64,000 bases of DNA from a virus: positions 1 through 64,000 of IMG/VR virus record IMGVR_UViG_3300027608_000016; one strand, given 5' to 3'. The notes beneath the pieces were generated by a model. It saw only the letters and a list, made by a program, of their open reading frames with translations, was not told the DNA's origin and did not search any database. This document shows positions 19,737 to 29,825 of the stretch, piece by piece. The translations under genes were made by a program, and so were the position numbers. How positions within the stretch are numbered: the stretch's first letter is position 1; each line of letters begins with the position of its first letter.

Positions 19737-22445
19737 TTAGAGTGAAAATAAATCCATTAAATTCGTCTCAACTTCGTTTTTCAAATCTGGTATTCTCCAA
19801 CCAATACATTCATACACACGTTCTAGTTCTTGTGCCATTAATTTGACGAACATTGTATCTATATCAACCTGCAATTTGAATTCTGTTGGGTATTTTCCTG
19901 TATAAGCAATGCCGTTTAAATTATATGGGTTTTTCTTCACGTAGAACCATTTAATTTTCTGTTCCGATGCAATACCTTCATATTTATCATCTATTTTAAG
20001 CTGTTTCAGTAATATATTATACGCTATACTGGCTTTAACATGAACTGGACTACCAGATTCAAATTTTTGAAGCGATGAAGTTTTAGCGAACTTATCTAAA
20101 TTGTGAACTGCTGTTCTAAAAGCCATTTCATCAATATTCAAATTTTTAAACTCTTCATATACTTGTTTATAAGCATCATTAGTTTTTTTCTCGTCTTTAG
20201 TGGTCAATGCTACTTCAACCACCTTTTTAATTCCTGTTTTAATGGTTTTAGATATTGTCGATTTTGCTACCTTAACACCAACATATTTAAATTTGTCTAC
20301 CTTTTTACCTTCTTCATCGTTGATATGTAAAATGTAATTTTTCTTCATCAAGAAAGTTCCAGAATCGGCAATTACTTCCCTTTTAAATACATATCTAGAA
20401 TCTAATGTATATAGTTGCTCTTTAGCTAACTCGTTTATGTTTCTGTTCAGATATTCGTCTAAATCATTAACAACTTTCATTGCTTCATTAGTTATATTCG
20501 ACTCTGAATCAAGCAAATTAACACCCAATTTTTTCAGGATGGGTGCAATCGTAAAATATCCCGAATCCGTGTCCCCATATACGATTATACTCTTTTCTAT
20601 ATCGTAATTTTCTTTTGCAAATTTATCCCCCAAGTTTCCCGCTTCTTGCACTACCCACTGACCAGTTTCAGTGATCGATCTAGCAGCATCTATGTCAGCA
20701 AATATACAATAATTATTTGCAAACACACCATATATAGAATTCAAAAAAATCTTTATAGTGTATTGCAAAATATCCAAATAAAACTCTTCAGCCTTTTCTT
20801 CAGCGTTCTTCTTCTTTATTTTACTCAATACTTTTCCCCTGTTCTTAGCATCAACACGTTTGGCATACATGTCATCTACTAATTGTGGTATCACCCCTTT
20901 ATTCTTCTGTGAATATAAAATATTCGCTTTGGATAATGACATTTTTTCCAACGTTAAAAACTGCTTCAGCTTTTTAACTGGTATCTTATGAACTTTTCTG
21001 TTTACTAAAACCAGTTCTACTACATCTTCTGGATTATTAAAATCTGGATGGTTTATGATCTTACCGACTTTTGTTTCAGGTGATATGTTTAATGTTATTA
21101 TGGTGTTAGGATATAGACTGTTAGCATCAAACGATACTATCGCCTCCTGAAGACCCGTTACCGCTTCTCTAACATATCCACCCAGTAAAGCACCGTCAAT
21201 ATTAGGCTCAAACGTTGGTATTATAAATCCTTGTTTTTTAGCTTGGATTGCTATTGCGCCTTCGACCAATTTAACCTTGCCCAAAGCTTGTTCAAAATTA
21301 GAACATCCTTGATAAGACATCAATCTCGCAATCTGAAGATATTTCAATTTATCTTCCAGTTCTACTACCAGATTAACGTCTTGAATGTTATAATCTACAA
21401 AATTTTCCCAATCACTATAAGCTAACAATGACAAGTTAGTAGCGTTTATTTCCAATTTCCCTTTACCCAATTCAACTTCTCCTATATAATTCAAGTTGTA
21501 TGATTCACGCTTTTCTCTAGAAAAGGTTTTATATAACATCATATAATCTAACACGCACAAACCTAGAATAGTCCACTTCTCGAAAAATTTTCCAAATCCG
21601 TTGTTGGTTCTTGTGGAATATATTCTACCAACTGGAGAAATCTTCAGCATAGCACCTTCACTAATCACACTTTTAATCCTGTTTACTAAATATGGAATAT
21701 CGAATCCTACAATGTTCCATCCAGTGATGATATCAGGGTAATCATCTCGCATAAAATCCAGAAACCCACTCAACAAATCAACTTCTGAATCACATTTATG
21801 ATATACGCTATTTTTCAATTTTGGTGTATATTCTCCTTCTCCCCATGTATGATATGTATCAGAGATAGAATCGTGAACGGTTATTAACAATATTGGATAT
21901 TGTGCTATGTCAGGATTTGGGAATGTCTGCTTCAAATAACAACTGCCATTTATTTTAATCCATTCCTTACATTCTTCATCATATACAAGATGTTCTGCGT
22001 TATCATAACTCAAAAGATTTTCCACAGTTGAAGTGAAGGTTCTTTCACCATTACTTTTCAGTTGAACTATATGTTTATTTGAATATTTGTTGCATTTAGT
22101 TTCTATATCAATATTAAATATTTTCAGGGGGAATTGACTGAAACTTTTATCGTCAATTTTATGAAAATACGAATCAATTAAGAATTGTTGATCTGGAGGA
22201 AGACTGTAGAAAAATCTGTGTTTATGACCACTTTTTTCCATAAACTCCTTTCGTTTATAAGAGTCCTCGAAATCAATTTTACGTAAAGATGTATTGAAAA
22301 TGGAAACACCGTCTTTAATTGCATCACTTTCTACGTATAGATATGGCTGATATGGAATCTCTAAGTCAATCCTGTCACCTTCAGTATTCCAAGTTCTGAG
22401 GAATATACTTTTAGATTTATAATTATAATAGGCGTTTCTATACAT
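19737..22445 (-). CDS. gp43: Family B DNA polymerase, T4 gp43-like
   Basis: ExoI DIET, ExoII GWNIVGFD, ExoIII YNIQD, SFDANSLYP, KIFLNSIYG, YGDTDS. Confidence 0.98.
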   Translation of the reverse strand: MYRNAYYNYKSKSIFLRTWNTEGDRIDLEIPYQPYLYVESDAIKDGVSIFNTSLRKIDFEDSYKRKEFMEKSGHKHRFFYSLPPDQQFLIDSYFHKIDDKSFSQFPLKIFNIDIETKCNKYSNKHIVQLKSNGERTFTSTVENLLSYDNAEHLVYDEECKEWIKINGSCYLKQTFPNPDIAQYPILLITVHDSISDTYHTWGEGEYTPKLKNSVYHKCDSEVDLLSGFLDFMRDDYPDIITGWNIVGFDIPYLVNRIKSVISEGAMLKISPVGRIYSTRTNNGFGKFFEKWTILGLCVLDYMMLYKTFSREKRESYNLNYIGEVELGKGKLEINATNLSLLAYSDWENFVDYNIQDVNLVVELEDKLKYLQIARLMSYQGCSNFEQALGKVKLVEGAIAIQAKKQGFIIPTFEPNIDGALLGGYVREAVTGLQEAIVSFDANSLYPNTIITLNISPETKVGKIINHPDFNNPEDVVELVLVNRKVHKIPVKKLKQFLTLEKMSLSKANILYSQKNKGVIPQLVDDMYAKRVDAKNRGKVLSKIKKKNAEEKAEEFYLDILQYTIKIFLNSIYGVFANNYCIFADIDAARSITETGQWVVQEAGNLGDKFAKENYDIEKSIIVYGDTDSGYFTIAPILKKLGVNLLDSESNITNEAMKVVNDLDEYLNRNINELAKEQLYTLDSRYVFKREVIADSGTFLMKKNYILHINDEEGKKVDKFKYVGVKVAKSTISKTIKTGIKKVVEVALTTKDEKKTNDAYKQVYEEFKNLNIDEMAFRTAVHNLDKFAKTSSLQKFESGSPVHVKASIAYNILLKQLKIDDKYEGIASEQKIKWFYVKKNPYNLNGIAYTGKYPTEFKLQVDIDTMFVKLMAQELERVYECIGWRIPDLKNEVETNLMDLFSL

Positions 22446-22456
22446 ATGCTTCAGCG

Positions 22457-22484
22457 ATTATATCAAAGTAGTATAGGAAGTCAA
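22457..22484 (-). promoter_or_regulatory. sigma70-type promoter TTGACT-N16-TATAAT
   Basis: Near-consensus; 11 nt upstream of the gp43 ATG. Confidence 0.8.
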
Positions 22485-22488
22485 ATCG

Positions 22489-23748
22489 TTATAAATTGTA
22501 TGGTATTTCACTCAAATACTTTCTATTTTGAGATTTATATGGAGTAAAGTATGCTTCGTGGTGCTTCATCAGATTCTGAGAATCCTCCAACCAATAATTA
22601 TCCGCTATGGCTCTTGATTTTTTAACTAAATCTGCATAACGTGTTTGATCCTTCAATGCATATTTCACCTGATCGATGAATTCGTCACCAGTGTTATATT
22701 TTAAAATAGCATCTTTATATGTTACCATATCAGGGCAAACCACTGGAATTCCTAAAGCTCCTCCTTCGATGAGCTTAATGTTTGACTTAGCAAAATTAAA
22801 ATTGTTCTTCTGTAAAGCGGCAAATGCTAATTGTGTTCCAGACTTAGCCATCGCTTCAGGGAATTCAGCTAGGTCAACCCAAGGAACATACTTTATGTCT
22901 CCATTATCTATAAAAGGTTTTAAAGGTAATGGATAAGAACCGTAGAATTGCCACTGGTATTCTTTTCTGGTTCTTATTATCGCCTGAACAACCGCTTCGA
23001 AGTCGTCTTTCTGGTTTACGCGATTTGCTACATCAACATGTGTCCCTGATGCAAAAATAGAAACAATCGGCTTTTTCTTATTCTTTTCAAAATTCTTAAC
23101 CATATCTCCAAGATTGTAATATCTATCAAACCACCACTTCAGCAAATAATTAGGTATTACTGTGACATTTTTGTTTCTGGTTTTACTCTTAAAATAATCT
23201 GCCATGAAATCACATGTCACTGTTATTTCATCCGTCATTTCTAAAATGTCCACTATACTATTTCTAATTTCATCTGGAACGAATGCATCTTTGTTTCTGT
23301 TATAATCTGGAATATCCTCTCTGAAAACTATATCATCAATTTCGTAAATCAGTTTAAAACCATACTTGTTAGAATAATTTTTCAATAGTTTAACAAACTC
23401 TTTTTGTATCGGAGTAGCTTGTCTTTGAATTTTAACTGCTTTCACTCCGCTGTAAAATCTTTCATCTAAAATCATCGTAGTGGATTCCATGATTACTGCC
23501 TTGTTATACAGATTCAACATCAAATTTGGTGCCATACAGCGATACCACGAGCATCCTCCGTAATCAGCTAGGAAGTTTATCGCCCTAGGCAAGCCATCTC
23601 CCGGAACTGGAATACTTGGCATTTCTACGTTGGGGGTTTGTTTAATAGCGTGATACATGGAACTTCCTAGTCCCATTCCTACAGTAGGAATTCCTATAGG
23701 CGATCCCAATATGTTATTTATCCCCGACTTTGCCGACATGTAATTCAT
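22489..23748 (-). CDS. GT-B fold glycosyltransferase
   Basis: GGCSWYR, YEIDD, VIPN, NFNFAKSNIKLIEGGALGIP. Confidence 0.85.
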   Translation of the reverse strand: MNYMSAKSGINNILGSPIGIPTVGMGLGSSMYHAIKQTPNVEMPSIPVPGDGLPRAINFLADYGGCSWYRCMAPNLMLNLYNKAVIMESTTMILDERFYSGVKAVKIQRQATPIQKEFVKLLKNYSNKYGFKLIYEIDDIVFREDIPDYNRNKDAFVPDEIRNSIVDILEMTDEITVTCDFMADYFKSKTRNKNVTVIPNYLLKWWFDRYYNLGDMVKNFEKNKKKPIVSIFASGTHVDVANRVNQKDDFEAVVQAIIRTRKEYQWQFYGSYPLPLKPFIDNGDIKYVPWVDLAEFPEAMAKSGTQLAFAALQKNNFNFAKSNIKLIEGGALGIPVVCPDMVTYKDAILKYNTGDEFIDQVKYALKDQTRYADLVKKSRAIADNYWLEDSQNLMKHHEAYFTPYKSQNRKYLSEIPYNL

Positions 23749-23757
23749 AAGTTGTGT

Positions 23758-23765
23758 TATTTATA
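23758..23765 (-). promoter_or_regulatory. T4-type late promoter TATAAATA
   Basis: Exact T4 late consensus, 9 nt upstream of ATG 23748. Confidence 0.6.
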
Positions 23766-23796
23766 CAACTACATATTAAATTGCTACCACATATTT

Positions 23797-25596
23797 TTAT
23801 ATTTCTATTAAATTACTAAAACCGTTCTTCTTCTCGATGCATATAGTGTTGTCAACTTTGCTAGTAATAGCTGATCCTCTATGAGTTACAATGTAAGCAT
23901 TTTCTTTAAATTGGTCTACTCTATCTCGCAAAACCTCTAACACTAATTCAACACCTCTATCATCCAAAGAAGAATCTAAAAGTTCGTCATAAAAAGTTGT
24001 GCTGAAGGAAACATCCCCTTGCATTCTTCTAATATCCAAAAAGGCAAATAGACACGCTAAATCAATTCTCTTTCTTTCTCCACCAGAGAAATTGAAATAG
24101 GATTTAGATTCTTTTCTGTCATCCACTATTTCTTCTTCAAATAACTCGTTAAATTTACATATACAATTAGCTTCAAACTTTTGAAGATAGTAAAACATTT
24201 TCTGGTTTAAAACTGCAAGTATCTTTTTAACTATATATGATTTAACCCCTTCTTCTGAAACAACAAATTTGATACAATCTAAAATGTTAAGGTTTTTATC
24301 CATTGTCTCAAGTTCTGTTTTATATTCCGACAGTTTTATTTCAGTATCCTTAACCGTTTTCTCCAACACTTCATTAGATTCCTTTTCTATCTTGGATATA
24401 TCTTTCCGATAAGACTCTATTGTGTCTTTTGTATATCCTATTTTATCCTCTATTTTTTCATTGTTGGATATTTTACTTTTTATGTCTGAAATGGCGGAAT
24501 CTAATTTTTCCAATTTTTTATTAATATCCTCTCTTTTTTCAACAAAAGGTTCGAATTTTTTCTTTATTTCCGATTCTTTTACTGATAGACCGTCTAGATT
24601 TTCCTTCAAATCCTTTTTAATGGCTTCACGATGCTCGCTATCATCGTTTTCATACATTCTCTTACAGGTAGGACAACTAGAACTTTTTTGGTTTATAGCG
24701 TTTATTTGGGTGTTTACTTGCTTTATTTCAGCTTTGATGTTAGAAGACTCTTCCAATATATTTTTATAATCTAAATCTATACTAGCCAAAGATTCTTTCA
24801 AGGTTTTCTTTTTATCTCCTATTAAAGACTCAAAATCGTCAGGAATCGACACTAGTTGTTTTTTAAGGGTTTCTATATTAGCCAATCCAGAATCTATTTT
24901 TTCTTGTAAGTCTTTAACTCTCCTTTGTTTATTCCCCTCAAATAAAGACAATTGTTGTTTATTCAACTCATGTGATTGTGATAATGTATCTCTTCTAGTA
25001 TAGATAGTTTCATAAGTTCTTCGCAATTCGTTATATTCATCTCTAGCAGATTTAAGCATGGATGAAAACACTTCCAAATTCACCACATTTTCAACGAATT
25101 TCCTCTTTTCTATTTTATCTTGTGCTAAAAACGGTGTTGTGTTATTAATAGTCATAATAACAGAATTTTTAAATACTTCTCCAGATGATTTCACAAGTTT
25201 CTGAATAAAATCGGTTGTGTTAGCAATTGTGGATTTTGTCGCATCTACACCATTTAAATACAATTCACATTTAGAAGGATTTATCTTCCTTTTAATCAGG
25301 TATTCATCCGTTTCCGTTCCGTTTTCTATTGCGATTGAAAGTTCTACTTCGCAATTCTTTTTATTTATAGAATTGACAATCAAATCCTTTTTCAACTCCC
25401 TTATAGTTGTGCCGAACAATGCAAAGTATAAAGCATCAATTATTGTAGATTTACCTGCGCCATTTTTAGCATCTGGTTTATCTAGGTTTCTCCCTGTTAT
25501 AAGATTTATACCGTCTTTGAAGTCTATGACCACAGGAGAATCACCAACAGATAAGAAATTCCTTATTGACAAGGATTTGAATGTTACTTTACGCAT
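23797..25596 (-). CDS. gp46: Recombination exonuclease ATPase subunit, gp46 (Rad50/SbcC-like)
   Basis: NGAGKST, coiled coil with CPTC zinc hook, FSGGE, YDELLD, VTH. Confidence 0.95.
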   Translation of the reverse strand: MRKVTFKSLSIRNFLSVGDSPVVIDFKDGINLITGRNLDKPDAKNGAGKSTIIDALYFALFGTTIRELKKDLIVNSINKKNCEVELSIAIENGTETDEYLIKRKINPSKCELYLNGVDATKSTIANTTDFIQKLVKSSGEVFKNSVIMTINNTTPFLAQDKIEKRKFVENVVNLEVFSSMLKSARDEYNELRRTYETIYTRRDTLSQSHELNKQQLSLFEGNKQRRVKDLQEKIDSGLANIETLKKQLVSIPDDFESLIGDKKKTLKESLASIDLDYKNILEESSNIKAEIKQVNTQINAINQKSSSCPTCKRMYENDDSEHREAIKKDLKENLDGLSVKESEIKKKFEPFVEKREDINKKLEKLDSAISDIKSKISNNEKIEDKIGYTKDTIESYRKDISKIEKESNEVLEKTVKDTEIKLSEYKTELETMDKNLNILDCIKFVVSEEGVKSYIVKKILAVLNQKMFYYLQKFEANCICKFNELFEEEIVDDRKESKSYFNFSGGERKRIDLACLFAFLDIRRMQGDVSFSTTFYDELLDSSLDDRGVELVLEVLRDRVDQFKENAYIVTHRGSAITSKVDNTICIEKKNGFSNLIEI

Positions 25597-25602
25597 GTGA
25601 CT

Positions 25603-25630
25603 ATTATATCAAGGATTTTCAAAAAATCTA
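25603..25630 (-). promoter_or_regulatory. sigma70-type promoter TAGATT-N16-TATAAT
   Basis: Only 6 nt upstream of the gp46 ATG. Confidence 0.6.
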
Positions 25631-26209
25631 GACTGTAAACATCCAACTAGAAGTAGATTTAGGATAAATTGTTATATTATTAATACTACCAAACTCTTCA
25701 AGTGCTGCTTTAACTTCGTCCCACCCATAATCGTGACCTGCAAATATACCACCTTTTTTAATTTTAGGATACCAAGCATTTAAATCGTTCCTAACATCAG
25801 AATATTTATGAGAAGCATCTAAAAATATGAAATCGATAGAATTGTCTTCAAATGTTTTAGCGGCTTCAACAGATGAAAGCTTTATTGGTGTGACAACATC
25901 TTTTATAGGGTCAATATTTTTCCAGAACATGTCAAACAGTGTATCGTTTTTTACAGCATTGAAAACTTCGTAACTTCGACAACCATCAACAGTTTTGTGC
26001 TCTTCACTTCCTTTCCAAGTATCTACACTATATATCTTAATGTTTTTCTTACTGTTTATAACTTCTACCCCTAAACAAGAAAGACTTTTACCTAGCCAAG
26101 CACCAACTTCCACGAAAATGCCGTTTTCTCCAATATAGTTTTCTACAACTTCTAAGTAGAAGTCTCCAAAATCAAACCATCCGTCTATATAGTCATGAAA
26201 ATGTTTCAT
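25628..26209 (-). CDS. Class I SAM-dependent methyltransferase (Methyltransf_24-like)
   Basis: VEVGAWLGKS, IFLDASH, GGIFAGHDY; probable start MKHFHDY. Confidence 0.88.
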   Translation of the reverse strand: MKHFHDYIDGWFDFGDFYLEVVENYIGENGIFVEVGAWLGKSLSCLGVEVINSKKNIKIYSVDTWKGSEEHKTVDGCRSYEVFNAVKNDTLFDMFWKNIDPIKDVVTPIKLSSVEAAKTFEDNSIDFIFLDASHKYSDVRNDLNAWYPKIKKGGIFAGHDYGWDEVKAALEEFGSINNITIYPKSTSSWMFTV

Positions 26210-27789
26210 TATTTGTAAAATGCGTATTCGTTCCAATAATTATACGTTTTTAGATCATTTGGGGTTCCCCAACATATATACGATTTAGACTGAAAAACTT
26301 TAACTTTCAACCCCGCCTTTATATTTCTATTTATAATCTCATCAACATAAAATTCATTATTGGTGCGAATGTTTAAATCACGGTTTTCTTTCAATCCATC
26401 CATGAAGTATTTAGCCTTTCTGAAGAACATTGTTCCTATAATAGCATGATTTCGTAAAGGATCGTCTCCAACGAATTTTTTACAGTTCACCTTTGTTATG
26501 TTATTTTCATCGTCTACTTCCAACCAAGAATACATATTAGGGGATATTTTACTGGTTGGATTGTCTCTAAATGACCAAACTATAACATCTATGCTTTCGT
26601 CATCAACGAGACATTGATATTCTTTTTCGTCATATATCACACCATTATCGCACGCAGATATTTGAATCGGATCGTCCAGATTTACGTGCATTTTTTGTAT
26701 TCCGATTTCACAGGTGCAAGCTTGTCCCTCAGTAGTGTCTTCGATTCCTACAATAGAAACATTACCGAAACGGTTTTTAAGTTCTAGTTCAACGGGATAA
26801 TTCTCAAGATGTTCATTCAGGCATATGAAAACAGATTTTTCACATACAGGCAAGCACCCAACAGCTTTTAATATCATAGGTTCCCCATCTACTGGTATTA
26901 AAGGTTTAGGGGTGTCATAATAACCTTGCTCCGAAAATCTAGAGCCTTTGCCAGCAAGAGGCAGTATCAAAGTAGTGTTTGGGGGGTTTTTTGCGTTGAT
27001 CTGTTTTGATAGCTCCTGTTTGGTATTACTCATCCAGAAATTATACATTGTTAAATCGTGTGGTGTTCCCCATTGTAGCATTTTTTCAATTTCGAAGATG
27101 CCAACATTTAAGTTATCTCGCAATAACAAATTATATACTAAACTAACATAATACTCGCCCTTCAAATTGATATCTAAATCTACCAATTCTTTGAAATATT
27201 TTTTCATTAATGCGCCAGATTTGAAATAATATGCGCCATTTGAAGCATATTCATTCATTTTATTATCAGTAAAAGACTCCTTCTCTTTAATTTCTAACAA
27301 TGTTTTATTTTCTTCTCTACAAAAAGCGTAATTGTCTGATCCTAGCATGTGTGGGTGAAATCCTGTATAACATGGTATAATGCCATCATAATAACCAGTT
27401 GATGCAACGTCTAGAAAACTGTTAAAATCCCAAACCGTGCCATAATCACAATAACTCACAATAACCTCTTTAGAATCGTCTATAGAATCGGAAATTTGAT
27501 TTACTGCGTCTACCGGGCCTTTTCTGTTTTCATTCGGAACAGAAAAGATTCTACCGTTTGGGCATATTTTATATAATACATCCCTGATATTGGTTTCTGA
27601 TAAATGTTTCTCATTACATATAAACGTTACATCTGTAATACCATCAAACATTTCTATAACATGTTGTATTATAGGTTTACCATCTACTTCTATAAGTGGC
27701 TTAGGGTTTGTATATCCAGCATCTACAAATCTCTTTCCGATACCAGACATTGGAATTATTAATTGTATGTTATTTTTTAGCTGTTTCAT
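26209..27789 (-). CDS. Tandem two-domain sugar-phosphate nucleotidyltransferase
   Basis: Two copies of (I/L)P(M/L)xGxGxRF...PKPLI, each domain ending WGTP. Confidence 0.88.
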   Translation of the reverse strand: MKQLKNNIQLIIPMSGIGKRFVDAGYTNPKPLIEVDGKPIIQHVIEMFDGITDVTFICNEKHLSETNIRDVLYKICPNGRIFSVPNENRKGPVDAVNQISDSIDDSKEVIVSYCDYGTVWDFNSFLDVASTGYYDGIIPCYTGFHPHMLGSDNYAFCREENKTLLEIKEKESFTDNKMNEYASNGAYYFKSGALMKKYFKELVDLDINLKGEYYVSLVYNLLLRDNLNVGIFEIEKMLQWGTPHDLTMYNFWMSNTKQELSKQINAKNPPNTTLILPLAGKGSRFSEQGYYDTPKPLIPVDGEPMILKAVGCLPVCEKSVFICLNEHLENYPVELELKNRFGNVSIVGIEDTTEGQACTCEIGIQKMHVNLDDPIQISACDNGVIYDEKEYQCLVDDESIDVIVWSFRDNPTSKISPNMYSWLEVDDENNITKVNCKKFVGDDPLRNHAIIGTMFFRKAKYFMDGLKENRDLNIRTNNEFYVDEIINRNIKAGLKVKVFQSKSYICWGTPNDLKTYNYWNEYAFYK

Positions 27790-28672
27790 AGTTTTTAATG
27801 AACCATTCAACTGTTTCTTTAATGCCGTCTTCTATCCTAGTGAATTTAAGATTTGGTAAATAGCTCATCAGTTTACTGTTATCAGAGGGTTTCCTTTTTT
27901 GACCGTTGGGTTTACTAGTGTCAAATACTACTTCACCTTTAAAGTTGAACTCTTTAACTAGCAAATCTACTAAATCCATAATAGAAATCTCTTGTGATGT
28001 GCTCAAAATTAAAGGCTCGCTATCATTATAATTATATACTGCCCATTCTGATAATTCAGCAACGTCCTTAGAGTATATAAATTCTCTCATAGATTTACCG
28101 TCGCCCCAAATCGTGAAATCGGTTTTATTTTTCTGTGCGAGATATAGTTTGTGTATTAGCATCGGAATAACGTGGCCAGTTTTTAAGGAAAACCTGTCAT
28201 TTGGGCCGTATATGTTAGTAGGTATTACAGAGCTATATTCTACCCCATACTGTTCTCTATATGCTCTAATTTGTATATCTGCCATTCTTTTTGCATATGC
28301 ATACCCATAATTAGTATTACTCGGTTCTCCCAAGTGTATTTTCTTTTCCGTTAATGGATATTCTACAATCTCAGGGAATATACAAGTGGATAGAAAAGCT
28401 ATAAGTCGCTTGACATTATGTGTTCTAGCAGATTCTATAACGTTAGTATTTATGTTGATATTATCGTAAAAATATTCCCCCATAAAATTCATATTTCCTC
28501 CTAATCCTCCTACCTTTCCAGCACAATGAATGACATGTGTGGGTTTATGTTTGGAGAACATATCATTAGTATCTTTTATACTTTTAAGATCATATTCTCG
28601 CCCTATATTAACGTCTGCGACAATTTTAGACCCCACTAATCCATTCGATCCAGTAACTAATAGTTTATTCAT
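27770..28672 (-). CDS. fcl: GDP-L-fucose synthase / ColC-like epimerase-reductase
   Basis: TGSNGLVG, KVGGLGGN, LSTCIFP, YAYAK, PTNIYGP, HVIP, WGDG..REF. Confidence 0.9.
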   Translation of the reverse strand: MNKLLVTGSNGLVGSKIVADVNIGREYDLKSIKDTNDMFSKHKPTHVIHCAGKVGGLGGNMNFMGEYFYDNININTNVIESARTHNVKRLIAFLSTCIFPEIVEYPLTEKKIHLGEPSNTNYGYAYAKRMADIQIRAYREQYGVEYSSVIPTNIYGPNDRFSLKTGHVIPMLIHKLYLAQKNKTDFTIWGDGKSMREFIYSKDVAELSEWAVYNYNDSEPLILSTSQEISIMDLVDLLVKEFNFKGEVVFDTSKPNGQKRKPSDNSKLMSYLPNLKFTRIEDGIKETVEWFIKNYETAKK

Positions 28673-29825
28673 GTGTATGTTTGTTTATTATCTTACTTAT
28701 TAAGATGATATCATCTCTTGTTATATTGTTGTGATTTGGGACATAAAGCCCTAAATTATGAATTATGTTTGCAAATTCAAAATTAGTTTCTCCGTAAATA
28801 TCTTTCCAAAATGGTTGAAGTCCTATGTTGCCGCATACTAAGGGGCGGCATTCTACATTATTCATCCTAAGTTCTTTTATTATATCTGCTTTATTTGGCG
28901 ATATTACTGGATATGCAAAATTGGAATAAAAGCAACAATCTAAATTCTTCACTTTCCAGAAGGTGTTTTGTATAAGGCTATCATACAACTGAAAATTTTG
29001 ACATCTTTTTTCTGATAATGCGTCTATTTTTCCAATCTGGTTTATTCCTATAAATGCTTGTAAATCTGTTGATCTTATATTGAACCCCGGAACATAAAAC
29101 GTAAACAAAGAACTGAAGGGGTCTATATTATAGTTTTTTCTTATAGTGTTCTGTGATTGTTCGTCATAATCTCTATCCCATCCATGCGATCTAACCGACA
29201 ATAGAAGATTATAAAGAGTTTTATCATCTGTGGAAATCATTCCACCTTCTATTGTTGATATGTGATGACCGTAATAAAACGAAAACGTGCTCATGACCCC
29301 AAAATTTCCAGTTTTAATATTGTTATATGTTGAACCAATAGATTCACACGAATCTTCTATTAAAATTACATCATTTTCTTCACATATTTTAATTATTTCT
29401 GCCATCTTAGATGGAAAAGCTAAAACGTGAACTATCATTACTGCCGCTGGTTTATGTTTCTCAATCAGCGATTTAAAACATTCAATATCTAACCCTAATG
29501 TTTCTTTATCGCATTCACATAGTATAGGCTTCAATCCTAGTTGTATTATTGGTGCTACCGTTGTAGCCCAAGACACGGCTGGAACGATTATCTTATCATT
29601 CTTCAATCGTTTGGATAACATCAATGTATATACCATTGCTAGATTTGCCGAAGAACCAGAGTTTACAAACACTGAATATTTTCTCCCTAACCATTTAGAC
29701 CATTCCCTTTCAAACTCTATGGTCATACTTCCCTTGGTTAGTCGCGGGTTTGTAGACAACCATTTTGTTAAAGACGCTATATCTGACTCGTCAATAGTAT
29801 CATTTATGAGATTAATTTTTTTCAT
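28665..29825 (-). CDS. colD: PLP-dependent GDP-4-keto-6-deoxymannose 3-dehydratase, ColD-like
   Basis: NSGSSAN, EDSCES and SFYYGHHISTIEGG (His in place of the aminotransferase Lys); no Cys-rich Fe-S motif of E1/DdhC. Confidence 0.78.
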   Translation of the reverse strand: MKKINLINDTIDESDIASLTKWLSTNPRLTKGSMTIEFEREWSKWLGRKYSVFVNSGSSANLAMVYTLMLSKRLKNDKIIVPAVSWATTVAPIIQLGLKPILCECDKETLGLDIECFKSLIEKHKPAAVMIVHVLAFPSKMAEIIKICEENDVILIEDSCESIGSTYNNIKTGNFGVMSTFSFYYGHHISTIEGGMISTDDKTLYNLLLSVRSHGWDRDYDEQSQNTIRKNYNIDPFSSLFTFYVPGFNIRSTDLQAFIGINQIGKIDALSEKRCQNFQLYDSLIQNTFWKVKNLDCCFYSNFAYPVISPNKADIIKELRMNNVECRPLVCGNIGLQPFWKDIYGETNFEFANIIHNLGLYVPNHNNITRDDIILISKIINKHTHE

